From Octopus vulgaris (taxonomy: Eukaryota): a DNA stretch of 64,000 nucleotides. Positions 34,776 to 47,626 of the stretch are shown one piece after another. Position numbers and translations under genes: made by a program. Below the pieces are notes generated by a model, which was not told where the DNA came from, did not search any database, and saw nothing but the letters and a program-made list of their open reading frames with translations. The stretch spans positions 14,074,001 to 14,138,000 of the forward strand of contig OX597828.1 in NCBI GenBank assembly GCA_951406725.2, given 5' to 3'. Numbering within the stretch: position 1 is the stretch's first letter; each line of letters starts with the position of its first letter.

Positions 34776-35146
34776 CCTGTGGCCATGCTGGAGCACCGCC
34801 TTTTTAGTCAAACAAATCGACCCCAGGACTTATTCTTTGTAAGCCTAGTACTTATTCTATCGGTCTCTTTTGCCGAAACGATCAGTTACGGGGACGTAAA
34901 CACACCAGCATCGGTTGTCAAGCGATGTTGGGGAAACAAACAGACACACAAGCATACACACACACATACATATATATACATATATACGACGGGCTTCTTT
35001 CTGTTTCCGTCTACCAAATCCACTCAGAAGGCTTTGATCGGCCCGAGGCTATAGTAGAAGACACTTGCCCAAGGTGCCACGCAGGTGGACTGAACCCGGA
35101 ACCATGTGGTTCGTAAGCAAGCTACTTACCACACATCCACTCCTAC
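34776..35146 (-). mobile_element. SINE family A
   Basis: Reverse complement of the consensus. Confidence 0.88.
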
Positions 35147-35786
35147 ATATTGAGTTTTTTTGGGGGGTTTTTTTGTCAATAGCGTCATTTAAATATAAAA
35201 TTTTGTAAAATCTTGTGACATCCTTTACAAACTATACCTCACTTAAAAACCACAGGCTTAGAAGCTACCTGTTATGAGTTCGATATTTATATACGAGACA
35301 TTGTAAGTTTAGTAGCGTGGATGATAAAGGCGATAACGGTCCAAGTAGAAATCCGTACATCATCCATACACTTGCTTGAAAAAGCTGCCAAATTCCTCTT
35401 CAAAAAAACATCTGTCTTAAAGAGAGCAAAGGCACAGGCAAAAAATGAGGGATGGTTACTGCTGGTGTGCCTTTAATTACAACAAGCCTGCTCAACAAGT
35501 CATGAGCCAGCATTAGGGGGCAAAAATGGCAGGGATGATTATTAAAATAGGGACATATATGAGTAGACACCGTTTATATGTTTATTGTCCGTAATTATAG
35601 TGAGAAAGGTGATGTCGAGATACACCTTTGTTATTGAAACAGTCAGCCTTCGAAGTCACTTGTTACTTTACTGTTATATTTCACTCTCTGTTATGGTAAA
35701 TGCAGAGGAGTTGAGGAATGTAAAGAAAAACACATCAAAGCTTACATGAAATATCGAAACGGAAACCAAACATTGTGTACTTTCAT

Positions 35787-35975
35787 TTAATTAGAAACAA
35801 CATTTACTTTAGAATGTAATTCTGTAAAAGAATCATCAGAAACTTGCTTAATTTCGTCACGCCACAGAAATTCGAAAATGTTCAGCTGAAACTTTTCGTC
35901 CCATATACCACGTGGCATTCTTTTAAATATTCTTTCCGTGCGATTCCATAAACATTCAATATTGTGTTTATGTAT
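35787..35975 (-). pseudogene. Merlin/IS1595-family transposase C-terminal fragment
   Basis: H..NIE.LW.R..R.FKRM.....EF.WR motif, with the catalytic E in NIE. Confidence 0.7.
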
Positions 35976-36004
35976 CATATTGTTCTCGAGCTAATATATT
36001 TTCA

Positions 36005-36047
36005 GGTACTACTGCGCGCACCGGGTCCAGTCTTCGCTAGTAGTACC
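36005..36047. mobile_element. 43-bp minimal Merlin-type element
   Basis: ggtactact...agtagtacc termini and perfect 9-bp TSD atattttca; same termini as the MITE at 54560. Confidence 0.8.
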
Positions 36048-37668
36048 ATATTTTCATTTATATTTCGAATCTCTGTGATGTGATTAAATGAAACGACGGC
36101 CAGGAAATTGAATTTGTTCCCAAATTTCTGCAACATCTTATAATTAATGTGGTAACTACCTTGTTTTTATTCCCTCGTAGTAAGCATGGTTTTAAAAACG
36201 ACCTCGTAAGTATTACTTTTGTACATCAATACAACAATTAATTTTGTTTTCAAAGCTTTCAAAGTTCTCGTTTACTTCATTAAAATCAATGTTTTCAATG
36301 TTGTTCCTAAATAAATACTTATAAGTCACCTAAATGTGTTTTTAGTTTGTTTTCTTTCTTTCTTTCTCTCTCTCTCAAATTAAATGTAAACATTTGGTTT
36401 TCGCCTCAATATTTCTCGTAATCCTTGTTTTAAATACACACCTCCTCGGAAACACCCCGTGCTTCTTACACATGTCCCCTCGGTTACTACTAAACCTCAC
36501 TTCTTTTTCTTGTCGTATATCTTTTTTTTAGGATTATTAATAAAATAATTATGTCTTAGATACTTCGATATCCTAAACTCTCTTGACGAATACCGAAGGA
36601 ATGCCTAGATATATTTAAAACAGTAATTGAAATTTAAACATATTAACATTTGTTGTTCTTTCGTAATTTGGTCGGGTGGCTTATCTCCCAGAAAAATTTG
36701 AATGTAACCGTAAACAATTGTAAATATCCATGAAAAATAATATTTAAAAAAAACGTTCATCAGACATAATCCTTTTAATTATACAAGGGAAAAACAACTG
36801 CACGCCAAATAATTGTCCCTTTTTTTTCCTGGTATATTTATAATATATTTTTATGAGAAAATTTAGGAATACACTTCTACGAAGATCTGTTATTACTATT
36901 GTTTCGTGCGTAGGTTTGATGGGAGAAAGATAGATGTTGTGATTTCCATGCCTGTTCCAAATGCATCTGTATGCATTTGAAAACAACATTGAAAACACCC
37001 GTTCCCCTCCTAAATATGGCTTTTTATTTCCAAAAGGAACAATATAGAACCTATACTGTTCCTTTTGGAAATAAAAAGCCATATTTATGAGAGGAACGGG
37101 TACAGCCAACTAGATATATTTCAGCGTAGTCAAATTCTAAATGTTTGGCAAAAACGAAGGAAATTGTCAATATTTACAGTATTGAATATTTATTTATTCA
37201 TTCATAATTTTCAGGTAATTTTTCGATATAAAAACGCGATTGTATTAAAAGTAATAAAACGAACCTACTACTGCTACAATAATATGGTTCCTTATAGTTT
37301 GCATGCGAAGTTGACAAAAATGACGGAATATTTTCTTCATATGAAATAAACTAAAATATACGAGATGCAAAAGGTAAAGGTGGATATAAATAGAGAAGTG
37401 GAAGTGAATTACGACATTTTCCCGGTCATTTATTTGGATTATGTCAAACGAAGAAACAGGTTCGCCGACGTCAACTGGTCAAACGAGGTGAAAATGGGCG
37501 GCCTCGAAATAGTCAATGATCATATTGATACAATGCTCCACAATTGGAATAAATTTTCATCAATATTTTTTTTTTTGTTTAGCAAATTAAGGAAAAAAAT
37601 TATTTCGTGTAAATTAACAAACAATTACGATAAGGTTTTTAAACTAAATGGCTTTCAAATAAACTTAC

Positions 37669-37900
37669 CTGTGTCAAAAAATAGAACTCTTCAAATATAA
37701 CTATATGATTAATTTCATGAAATGTTTGATGGGTTATGTATTTAATCGTTACTGAGATATTAAAAACTTGTTGGAAAAAGAAAAGAACAAAAAAGCAATG
37801 AGAATGACTATTGTCAAGAAAACAGAGAGCGAGATATATCAGAACACCACTTTCAGTAGCTTATACTACTGTAGAGTATAACGACGGTGTTTGACCGTCA
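37669..37900 (-). other. Putative 5' UTR exon of the SAMD3-like gene
   Basis: Consensus donor cag|gtaagt at 37669/68 in unique, CpG-retaining DNA. Splicing to 28434 places an in-frame TGA upstream of the ATG. The upstream boundary is approximate. Confidence 0.45.
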
Positions 37901-38030
37901 AAATGGCGCCTGTCCTGTAAGCTGTCAGTTGCTGAAGATATGACATTCGTTGTGCTGTCTGACTAACTGACAGTTTACAGTGTAATCTCTCTCTCTCTTT
38001 TCCTTTCTCTTGCTCTCTCTCTCTCATCGA
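37880..38030. promoter_or_regulatory. Putative promoter with YY1-type motif CAAAATGGCGCC (37899-37910) and CT/GA tract
   Basis: Motif match plus non-repetitive CpG-rich context just upstream of the putative first exon. Confidence 0.4.
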
Positions 38031-38254
38031 CATAGACAAATTGTTGGCAAAGCTGTAAGACGCAATACTATACGCTCGCTTTGCATTGTTGCTTAAGGCG
38101 ATTTTTCAACTGACGATATGGACAAAAGAACTAGCACACACATGAGTCATCATCGCAACGGCATATAAATAAATAACTTGATATGCTTGTTAGCGTTGAA
38201 ACAGTTTTTTTTTTTTTCCGCGTTGCTTTCATAATTGCTATTGTGTGTATGCAT

Positions 38255-39100
38255 ATCTTTTATCTTTCACTTGTTGCAACCAGTTGGACTGCGGCCATGC
38301 TGGGGCATTCCTTGAATCGATCCCAGTACTTATTAGTTTTTTTTAAAAAACCTACTACTTATTATATCGGCCTTTATCTTTTATCTTTCACTTGTTGCAA
38401 CCAGTTGGACTGCGGCCATGCTGGGGCATTCCTTGAATCGATCCCAGTACTTATTAGTTTTTTTTAAAAACCTACTACTTATTATATCGGCCTTTTTAGC
38501 CGAACCGCTTAGTCACGAGGACAAACAAACCAATACAAATTATATATGTGTGTGAAGTGGTTAAGGTTTTTGCACTCACGATTGCTAGATCGTGGGTTCG
38601 AATCCCGGCCAAGCGGTGCCTTGTGTTCATGAACATAGCACTTTTTTTTAACGTTGGTCCAGTCCATTCAGTTATAAATGGATAACCCTGCGGTGGACTA
38701 TTCTTCCGATCAGGGCAAGAGTTGGCCTGCTCACTTAGCTAAGCGGGGCGGCATCATTCGAAAGCTAAAACGATGCAAAGCGCATTGTGATCAGTGATGT
38801 ATAACATTCGATAGTCTGGACAATCACGTGATATATATATGTATGTGGGTATATATATATATATACGTGTATATATATATATATGTATATATATATATAG
38901 TTTCAGTCATTTGACTGCGGCCATGCTGGGACACCTCCTTGAAGAATTTTTTGTCGAATTAATCAACCCCAGTACTTATTGTTTTGTAAGCCTGGTACTT
39001 ATTCTATCGGTCTCTTTTGCCGAACTCTAAGTTACGGGGTCGTAAACACACCAACACCGGTTGTCAGTCAGTAGTGGGAAACAGACACACACGCGCATAG

Positions 39101-39131
<31 letters not shown>

Positions 39132-39290
39132 CGGCGGGCTTCTTTCAGTTACCGTTTACCAAATCCACTCACAAGGCCTTTAGTCGGCCCGAGGCTTTAG
39201 TAGAAGACACTTGTCCAAGACGCGACAGAGTGGGACTGAACCCGGAACCATGTGGTTGAGAAGCAAACTTCTTACCACGCAAGCAACATA
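38255..39290. mobile_element. SINE cluster: duplicated A tails (38255-38520, -), CORE-type SINE with tail 2 (38555-38830, +), SINE A (38899-39290, -)
   Basis: Family matches; ~120-bp tandem duplication at 38255-38495. Confidence 0.78.
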
Positions 39291-39496
39291 TAAGATAGAA
39301 TAAAATATAAACAGCTAGAGGAAATGGTGTCATGTAACATTATGACATAAACAAACATGTGTTGTTACATGAGTATAGATCAAAACGAAGAAGCAAGTGA
39401 TTAGGTGTTCAGGGAGTCTCTTGCAGTTTTTTCGTGAATAGATATCCTTGTAATAACTAAACTCTCATGTTTAGATAAACAGTAATTACACGTCAT

Positions 39497-39865
39497 GTGG
39501 AGGCGCAATGGCCCAGTGGTTAGGGCAGCGGACTCGCGGTTTCGATTCCCAGACCGGGCATTGTGAGTGTTTATTGAGCGAAAACACCTAAAGCTTCACA
39601 AGGCTCCTGCAGGGGGTGGTGGTGAACCCTGCTGTACTCTTTCACCACAACTTTCTCTCACTCTTTCTTCCTGTTTCTGTTGTACCTGTATTTCAAAGGG
39701 CCAGCCTTGTCACACTCTGTGTCACGCCGAATCTCCTCGAGAACTACGTTAAGGGTGCACGTGTCTGTGGAGTGCTCAACCACTTGCACGTTAATTCCAC
39801 GAGCAAGCTGTTCCGTTGATCGTATCAGCTGGGACCCTCATCGTCGTAACCGACGGAGTGCTCCT
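39497..39865 (+). mobile_element. SINE family C with tail type 3
   Basis: gaggcgcaatggcccagtggttagggcagcggactcgcgg head; tail ...ctacgttaaggg...gtcgtaaccgacggagtgc, shared with 50120-50375. Confidence 0.85.
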
Positions 39866-40351
39866 ATAGATTACTCGTCATATCGCGGTTCACTTATCGC
39901 GCCTTCAGTACATCGCGTATTTTCCTGGCTAATATATGTAAATTTATGTCTCGGATTCCTCAGTATACTGTGGGTTTCTACGGCCGATGGATATTTATAT
40001 TTTTTTAGATTCTAATTATTTCTGTGTTAAAATAAGCATTTTCACACCTAAGAATTAATAAATAAAAATACAGTACAGTACTGTACTGTACTGTACTGTA
40101 TGACACATTAATCAAAAGAAAATACTAAGTGTACCGTAGATGAGTAAACAAAGAATCGCACATACTGTATGAAAAACGAAAATTGGGAGGCGAGTGTGTG
40201 GTATTGTTTTGCATTTGTTTCAAGCTTTACGGTATCGTCCAAACATTCTACACCTAAAAATATACAGTACAGTACTGTTTCTCCTTCGCGGATTTTCACC
40301 TATCGCGTGGGGTTTTAGAACGTAACACCCGCGATAGTCGAGGGATTGCTG
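39866..40351. mobile_element. Tigger/pogo-like MITE
   Basis: Right end cgcgatagtcgagggattgctg|ta; degenerate left end; subterminal atcgcg motifs. Confidence 0.6.
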
Positions 40352-40417
40352 TATAAGTGTCATAATATATCATACCAGTTGTTTGCCTGTTCATACTTTG
40401 GCTCTATTTTACACATA

Positions 40418-40575
40418 TAGGCGCAGGCGTGGTTGTTTGGTAAGAAGCTTGCGTTCCTACCACATGGTTCTGAGTTCAGTCCCACAGCATGGCACCTTGG
40501 GTAAGTGTCTTCTACTATAGCCTTAGGCCGACCAAAGCCTTGTGAGTTGATTTGGTTGAAGGAAACTGAAAGAAG

Positions 40576-40613
<38 letters not shown>

Positions 40614-41240
40614 TGGCTGTGTGGTAAGTAACTTGCTTACGAACTACATGGTTCCGAGTTCAGTCCCACTGCGTGGCACCTTAGGCAAGTGTCTTCTATT
40701 ATAGCCTCAGGCTAACCAAAGCCTTGTGAGTGGATTTGGTTGACAGAAACTGTAAGAAGCCCGTTGTATATGTATATGTATGTGCATGTATATGTTTGTG
40801 TGTCTGTGTTTTCCCCTCCAACATCGCTTGACAACCGATGCTGGTGTGTTTATGTCCCCGTAACTTATCGTTTCGGCAAAAGAGACCGATAGAATAAGTA
40901 CTAGGCTTACAAAGAATAAGTCCTGGGGTCGATGTGCTCGACTAAAGGCGGTGCTCCAGCATAGCCACAGTCAAATGACTGAAACAAGTAAAAGAGTATA
41001 TATATATATATAAATTTATGTGTGTTTGTTCCCCCACCCCAACCCCACAATCGCTTGACAACCGATGTTGGTGTGTTTACGACTCCGTAACTTACCAGTT
41101 CAGCCAAAGAGACTGATAGAATAAGTACTAGGCTTACAAAGAATAAGTTATGGGAGTCGATTTCTTCAACTAAAACCCCTTTAAGGCGATGCTGCAGCAT
41201 GGCCGTAGTCAAATGACTGAAACAAGTAAAAGAATAAAAA
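40418..41240 (+). mobile_element. Tandem cluster of SINE A pieces joined at (TA)n
   Basis: 5' half, full copy (40611-40998) and an extra 3' half. Confidence 0.85.
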
Positions 41241-41397
41241 AAATATAAAATATCTGCTCCGTTGAAATACTGCCTGCAGCCAATCGTCATTAGGTAGTTA
41301 AACATCCCTGCTTCTTTAGTTGCAGTCCAAACTGGAGTTTTAGGCAGCAGGTCAACCTGAGCACTAATTGCATATACCTTACGTCATCATACGTAAT

Positions 41398-41612
41398 ATT
41401 GGTTTCGAATTTTTGCACAAGGCCCGCAGGTTTGGTGGGGAGGAAGGGATAAGTTGATTACACTAACCCCAATGTTCATCTGGTCCTTATTTTATCGACC
41501 CCGAAAGGATAAAAAGCAAAGTCGACCTCGGTGGAATTTGAACTCAGAACGTAAAGACAGACGAAATACCGCTAAACATTTCGCCCGGCGTGCTAACGTT
41601 TCTGCCAGCTCA
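41398..41612 (-). mobile_element. SINE family B
   Basis: Reverse complement; CpG intact. Confidence 0.82.
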
Positions 41613-41722
41613 CAACCTCTTGGTAATATTCTTTTCTACTCTAGGCACAAAGCAGAAAAATGAATATACACACACATACCTACCTATATACATACATATA
41701 GCTGTGTATGTAAGCGTGTGTG

Positions 41723-41756
<34 letters not shown>

Positions 41757-42545
41757 TGAGATCGCTTTCCGGATTCGACCTTACAAATACTCGATTAGAT
41801 CTGAATCTACGTTTCATCTTATTTTTACCATATTTGATCAATTTGGGCTCAACTAACCATAGCACACACAGAGTTAACTAACATGCCAGTTAACAAATAC
41901 TACAACCAATCGCGTTCGATTGTGGACATGAGCGGTGTTCGCACTCACCAAAACAACCGTTTCAGCTTCCGCATGAAAACAGAGAAAACATCCTACAAGT
42001 CTTTTGTGAGATTATATAAGCCACCGACTTCATCACTGGTCAGAATTCATTTTAGTTACGACCGCAAACTATGTCCGTTCCGCCCGGCACACATTTGTAA
42101 TGGCAGTATTGAAGCTGTGAGTATCATTTGTGTTATCAGGATGCTATCAGGGTGGGCCCAAAGAAGGGCCTGAGGGGCACGTGCGCTACTCTAGAAAAGA
42201 AGTGCGCCCTTCTAAATAATGTTATTATGCCCTTTTACCCCTGGAATTGTATTCCTTTCTGACCTTGTGCCTTTCCTTCGAAAGATTCCTGGACTATGCC
42301 TGGTTGTGGTTGTGCTGTATGAAGTTTGGTAAATTGAGAAAAGAGCATGTCAGTTAATTCACAGTCCATGAGATAAATAACAGAAGAAACAGACCAATAT
42401 TAAATTGGCTTTTATTTACTGTTATGAGATAAACAACTTCGAACTGTTGTTAATACACAGAGGCTGGTAGTATTGTTGTTGTTCCTCACGTCTTTGTAGT
42501 TTTATACAAAGTAGCCGAAGGAAAAGAGGAGAGAGAAAGTTTCCC

Positions 42546-42963
42546 GGATCTTTTCGGTTTGAACGGCAGTTTTTTTTTAGCGGTGTCATATGAAATTGTC
42601 GCCCATAATTATGACCCTAGTATCGATCTATTGTATTTCAATCTATTTTAAGGTTAGGATTAGGGGTGGTGGGAATGGTAACTTTTTTTCTTCAGAAATG
42701 TAAATAAACCCAATCTGTTTCTTAAACGAGGGACATATTCATACGCACAGAATGTTTTCACCTCAATAGACGTCATTGATTGGTTGAAGTTGCAGAAATT
42801 GAAGAAAAAACAACAACAAATATCTTACAAACTCTAGAATTTTCTCAATAAAGCCAAGAGAAAAAGATGTTTTATAAACACATTCTACCAGTATACGAAG
42901 TTTAAAAGTGTTTAGTTACGTGGAAATTATTTTTAAAAACTGCCGTTCAAACCGAAAAGATCC
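42546..42963. mobile_element. Merlin-type MITE (~418 bp) with internal TTAGG-like repeats
   Basis: TIR ggatcttttcggtttgaacggcagtttt; TSD agtttccc/agtttccg; sister copy at 55273. Confidence 0.88.
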
Positions 42964-43854
42964 AGTTTCCGAGAGGGAAAGAAAGGAATGTTACTTCTAT
43001 GATAGATACCGACTAAAAGAGAGGGAACCATGACTTTACGTCTCTAACATCGCTGTGACAAGGCATGTTGCTTCTACGACAGGTGTCGAATAAAAAAAAA
43101 AGGAAGAATTCTATTTAGTGTTTCGTATTTATAACAACCCCATGACTAAACTTGGTCAAAGTAACAATGTATATTTCACGGGTTGCTTGGGTTGAATTGA
43201 CTTTAACCGAAGATGGTGCGCAAATTGACAGCTGACTCGTAAATTTTCGAGTGAAAATTAAGAAAATAATAGAAAAAAGCTTAGAAACATGCCGACTAAG
43301 GTTTCATTCACCGTTTAGAATCCAGGATCTAATCACTTCGCATTGTATAAGATGATCTCTCAGCTCTAAGACTTCTTTCTCTCTCATTTATCTTCAAACA
43401 CCCTATGGCACTGAACAGACAAAATTAACCAATATTCCTCTGAGAAAATAATTTATCTCCCAATTGCTGTCGTTCTAATCAGATGGTTTTATAGTTTCAT
43501 CGAACCGCTGGTAAGATACCATCTTCAAACTTTAAAAAACCCCCAAAAATTCATGTTTTCCTACGCTACCATCATTAACAGTTTCATCAACTTCACTAAT
43601 ACTATTGCAGCTACCTCAACGTACAACGTACAATCAGTCATTGACCTATCACAATCTTTCGCGCGTTTAGAAGAAAAAATCAATCATTTGCCAGGTAAAC
43701 CTGCTGAACTGTTGCGTTCGATAATTACTCTTTGTAAGAAACAACGGGAAGAATAGCTTGTTGAGTTGATTTCTATACTACAAAGATTTCTCTCCACACT
43801 TTTATTTCGTCTTCCACGCAACTTTAGAAATCTTTACTTTTCATACACTCTCTG

Positions 43855-43869
43855 CGTGTGCGTGTGGTG

Positions 43870-43908
<39 letters not shown>

Positions 43909-44375
43909 ATGTATGTATGTATGTATGTATGTATGTATGTATGTATGTATGTATGTATGTATGTATGTATGTATGTATGTACGTACGTACGTACGTACGT
44001 ACGTACGTACGTACGTATGTATGTATGTATGTAAGTATGTATGTATGTATGTATATACGTATGTATGTAAGTACGTATGTATGTATGTATGTACGTATGT
44101 ACGTATGTATGTATATACGTATGTATGTATGTATGTATGTATGTATGAATGTACGTACGTATGTATGTACGTATGTATGTATGTATGTATGTACGTACGT
44201 ACGTACGTACGTACGTATGTATGTATGTATGTATGTATATACGTATGTATGTATGTATGTACGTACGTATGTATGTATGTATGTACGTATGTATGTATAT
44301 ACGTATGTATGTATGTATGTATGTATGTATGTATGTATGTATGTACGTATGTATGTATGTATGTATGTATGTATG
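43855..44375. repeat. (TG)n plus long (TATG)n/(TACG)n tetranucleotide array
   Basis: Direct inspection. Confidence 0.95.
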
Positions 44376-44481
44376 CCATTATCCAGTTTTATTTCAAGAT
44401 TTCTTGCCAATAGAGAAAGAGCCGGTTTCTAACCTAGATCCAATGTTCCTTTATTGGAATTTTAACATCAACAAGGTATGT

Positions 44482-44890
44482 AAGGCGGCGAGCTGGCAGA
44501 ATCGTTAGCACGCCGGGCGAAATGCGTAGCCGTATTTCGTCTACCGTTACGTTCTGAGTTCAAATTCCGCCGAGGTCGACTTTGCCTTTCACCCTTTCGA
44601 GGGTCGATAAATTAAGTACCAGTTACGCACTGGGGTCGATATAATCGACTTAATACGTTTGTCTGTCCTTGTTTGTCCATTCTGTGTTTAGACCCTTGTG
44701 GTTAGTAAAGAAATAGGTATTTTGTCTGTCTATACGTTCTGAGTTCAAATTCCGCCGAGGTCGATAAATTATGTACCAGTGCGTCCTGGAGTTGATAAAT
44801 TAAGTACCAGTTGCGTCCTGGAGTCGATCTATTTGAGTGGCCCTAACCCTAACCCCAAATTTCGGGCCTTGTGCCTAGAGTAGAAAAGAA
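44482..44890 (+). mobile_element. SINE family B, young, with duplicated 3' part
   Basis: Near-consensus, all CpGs retained. Confidence 0.88.
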
Positions 44891-44898
44891 CATCAACA

Positions 44899-44931
<33 letters not shown>

Positions 44932-44959
44932 TGTATGTATGTATGTATGTATGTATACG

Positions 44960-45306
44960 TACGGATCTGCATGTTTTGTTTTATGTATGTATTCTCATGC
45001 ATATAGTTGTATATCTAGACATGCTCATATATGCATAAATGATAAACTTCTGGAAAGTTTTGAAATTTTTTACTGTTCCAGCTTTCTCCTTTCTGGTTTG
45101 GAGAAGCCTAATTTCTCAAGATTGGTATTTAAACAGTGTGCAACATATCCCAGGGCTCCAATAATTACAGGTATAAACTTGAACTTGTAATCTGGATAGA
45201 GTAACTGTAGATTTCTCCAGAGTTCAGCGAGGTATTCTCTTTCTCCCAGATCTTCAGCTCTGCGTTAACATTCGTTGGGCAGCTGATTTCCACAACTGTA
45301 CACAGC
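44960..45306 (-). mobile_element. R4/Dong-type (RLE) non-LTR retrotransposon 3' end
   Basis: Translation C.VVEISCP...N...K..EK and, after a frameshift, NLQLLYPDYKFKFIPVIIGALG fits the restriction-like endonuclease C-terminus; the 3' end abuts (CATA)n. Confidence 0.75.
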
Positions 45307-45425
45307 TTGTTTGTTTGTTTTGTTTTCCATTTGTGTCTTTCGTTTTTCGAAAGAATAGTTCATGTTCCATGTACTCGTGCTTCGTATTTTTTGGTTTCGT
45401 ACACATATATATATGCATATATGTG

Positions 45426-45484
<59 letters not shown>

Positions 45485-45485
<1 letters not shown>

Positions 45486-46030
45486 CAAAGTAAAATTGGA
45501 AGGTACCTCACGAGTGAAAATATTTAGTGAAGAGGATATGAAAATGTTAAGAGAGGCTTTGTATTTAAACAGTTTACAGAAAAGTGTTCAAAATAGGCAG
45601 CAAAATAAGTTCATAATTGTTTATAAGTTCATCAGAAATCATAATTGTTTATAAGCATTTCTACAGAAAGAATTTGTTGACAGCATTTGATAGGAGAAAG
45701 CGCGCATTGCTTTGTCAAAAGTTCGTCAGAAATCATAATTGTTTCAAGAGAAATGACCAATCGTAACAATATATATATAAAAAATAGAAAAATGGGACAA
45801 GAACGCAATACATCCAGATAGATAATACAAAGAAAACAAGGACGGGTCATTCGGAATTTTCTTTCCTCAGTCAAGTTCCAGATTATCTTTGCAATTTCGG
45901 CTGGTTATACTCGAGATTGCTCCAATCTGGCCAGCCCCAAGGAAAAACTAAGCTAAGAGCATTAGATTCCTTGGAAGAAAGTAGCGAATGTATACGAAAA
46001 CAAGGACGGGAAAAAAAACGGGAAAATGTT
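45485..46030. mobile_element. (TA)n-embedded element related to the 18042-18962 element (opposite strand)
   Basis: Shared gtatacattcg...ctttcttcca.gg.atctaatgc.ctt.gcttag...ggctggcca...gagcaatctc.ag...cagccgaaattgc. Confidence 0.65.
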
Positions 46031-46034
46031 ACAC

Positions 46035-46097
<63 letters not shown>

Positions 46098-46546
46098 TAT
46101 ACACACATATATATACATATATATAATAATATAAATAATATATAAATATATGCATATATACATAAATTCATATATGTACATACCTACAGATATATATACA
46201 TACCTACATGCATACAGGAAATAAAAAAAAACGTAGACAAAATGAGAAACGAGAACATAAAAACAAAAACATAGTAAACAAATGTTTTTTCGAACAACGA
46301 AAGAAACAAACAAACAGAGAAACGAGATAGGCAACATAAAAAACGTTCCCTTCATCAGTTGTCCCCTGTTTTATCTACTCCGCGTTTCGAAGGTAGGGAC
46401 AAAACACGACTTTGTTAAAACAGTCCGTTCCGCAAAGCAAATTAAAGAAAATTTGGGATTTTTTGCGGAGGGTGAAAGTGGTAACAAAAACAGGACAGTG
46501 AGAAGAAAACAGTAAAAACAAACGGTGAGGGCTGTTAAGCCAAGAC

Positions 46547-46615
<69 letters not shown>

Positions 46616-47347
46616 TCATACATATTATAAACATATTATAAACAAAAAATGTAAAATATTCAGAAGATGGACATTCATATATAAACAGAGAAATATTTAT
46701 ATATTTACAAAACAAATTTACATGGAGTACAAAGAATACAGATGACTAAGAAGAGAAGGTATGGAAATTGAAGTCCAATATTATGTGAATTGTTATTTTG
46801 CCGATCTTCCCACCCTAACGAAGGCGGCCGGTTTTACGGTAATGTTGATATGCATATCTTTGACTTTCTGCACACTCCAACTGCCAATTATGAACATGAT
46901 AACTATTACGCAATTCAGAACCCCCAGAAACAGCTGTCGAGCTTAAATTGCCATGCTTTCTCTCCCTTAGTTTTCAATATTCTTTGTACTTCATATAAAT
47001 TTGTTTCATAAATATTTATATACCTACATTTTTACATGATTGTTCATCATCTAAATATTTTCAGATTTTGTTTCTCCTGTATATATTTTCATGTATGTAT
47101 GTATTATGTATGTATGTATGTATGTATGTACGTATGTAAGTATGTATTTATGTATTTATGTATGTATGTTTTATATATCAAGTCCAAGTGTGTTTAATTG
47201 CATCTCTATCTCCACATCAGCTCACCTTATAGCCATTCTTTATCTCGCGGACTTAGTCCTCGATAAAAATTTTGGAGTGTAAGTTCAAATCATTTGAGCG
47301 CTTCTGCGTGTTTTCTATATTGCGTATCTCTGGATATTACCTGTTCA

Positions 47348-47361
47348 CTAGATAGATAGAT

Positions 47362-47395
<34 letters not shown>

Positions 47396-47398
47396 ATT

Positions 47399-47475
<77 letters not shown>

Positions 47476-47562
47476 GCAGGCAGGCAGCCAGACAGACTGA
47501 TTGACTGGCTGACTGACTGACTGACAGACAGATAGATAGATAGATAGATAGATGGATAGATG

Positions 47563-47625
<63 letters not shown>
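47348..47625. repeat. (GATA)n/(GATT)n/(GACT)n microsatellite
   Basis: Direct inspection. Confidence 0.95.

Positions 47626-47626
<1 letters not shown>

Noticed and set aside
39497-39560. tRNA genes at SINE heads (also 13720-13788, 17081, 28480)
   Set aside because: A/B boxes are present but cloverleaves are incomplete, there is no oligo-T terminator, and they continue into SINE bodies.
43553-43850. Short ORF pair that looks protein-like (MFSYATIINS...)
   Set aside because: Interrupted by a stop, truncated by a microsatellite, and no family recognised; possibly a retroelement remnant but unsupported.
43766-44508. Long MYVC/TYIH-repeat ORFs (also YI, CV, HT and LSIY ORFs elsewhere)
   Set aside because: Translations of microsatellites with no coding signal.
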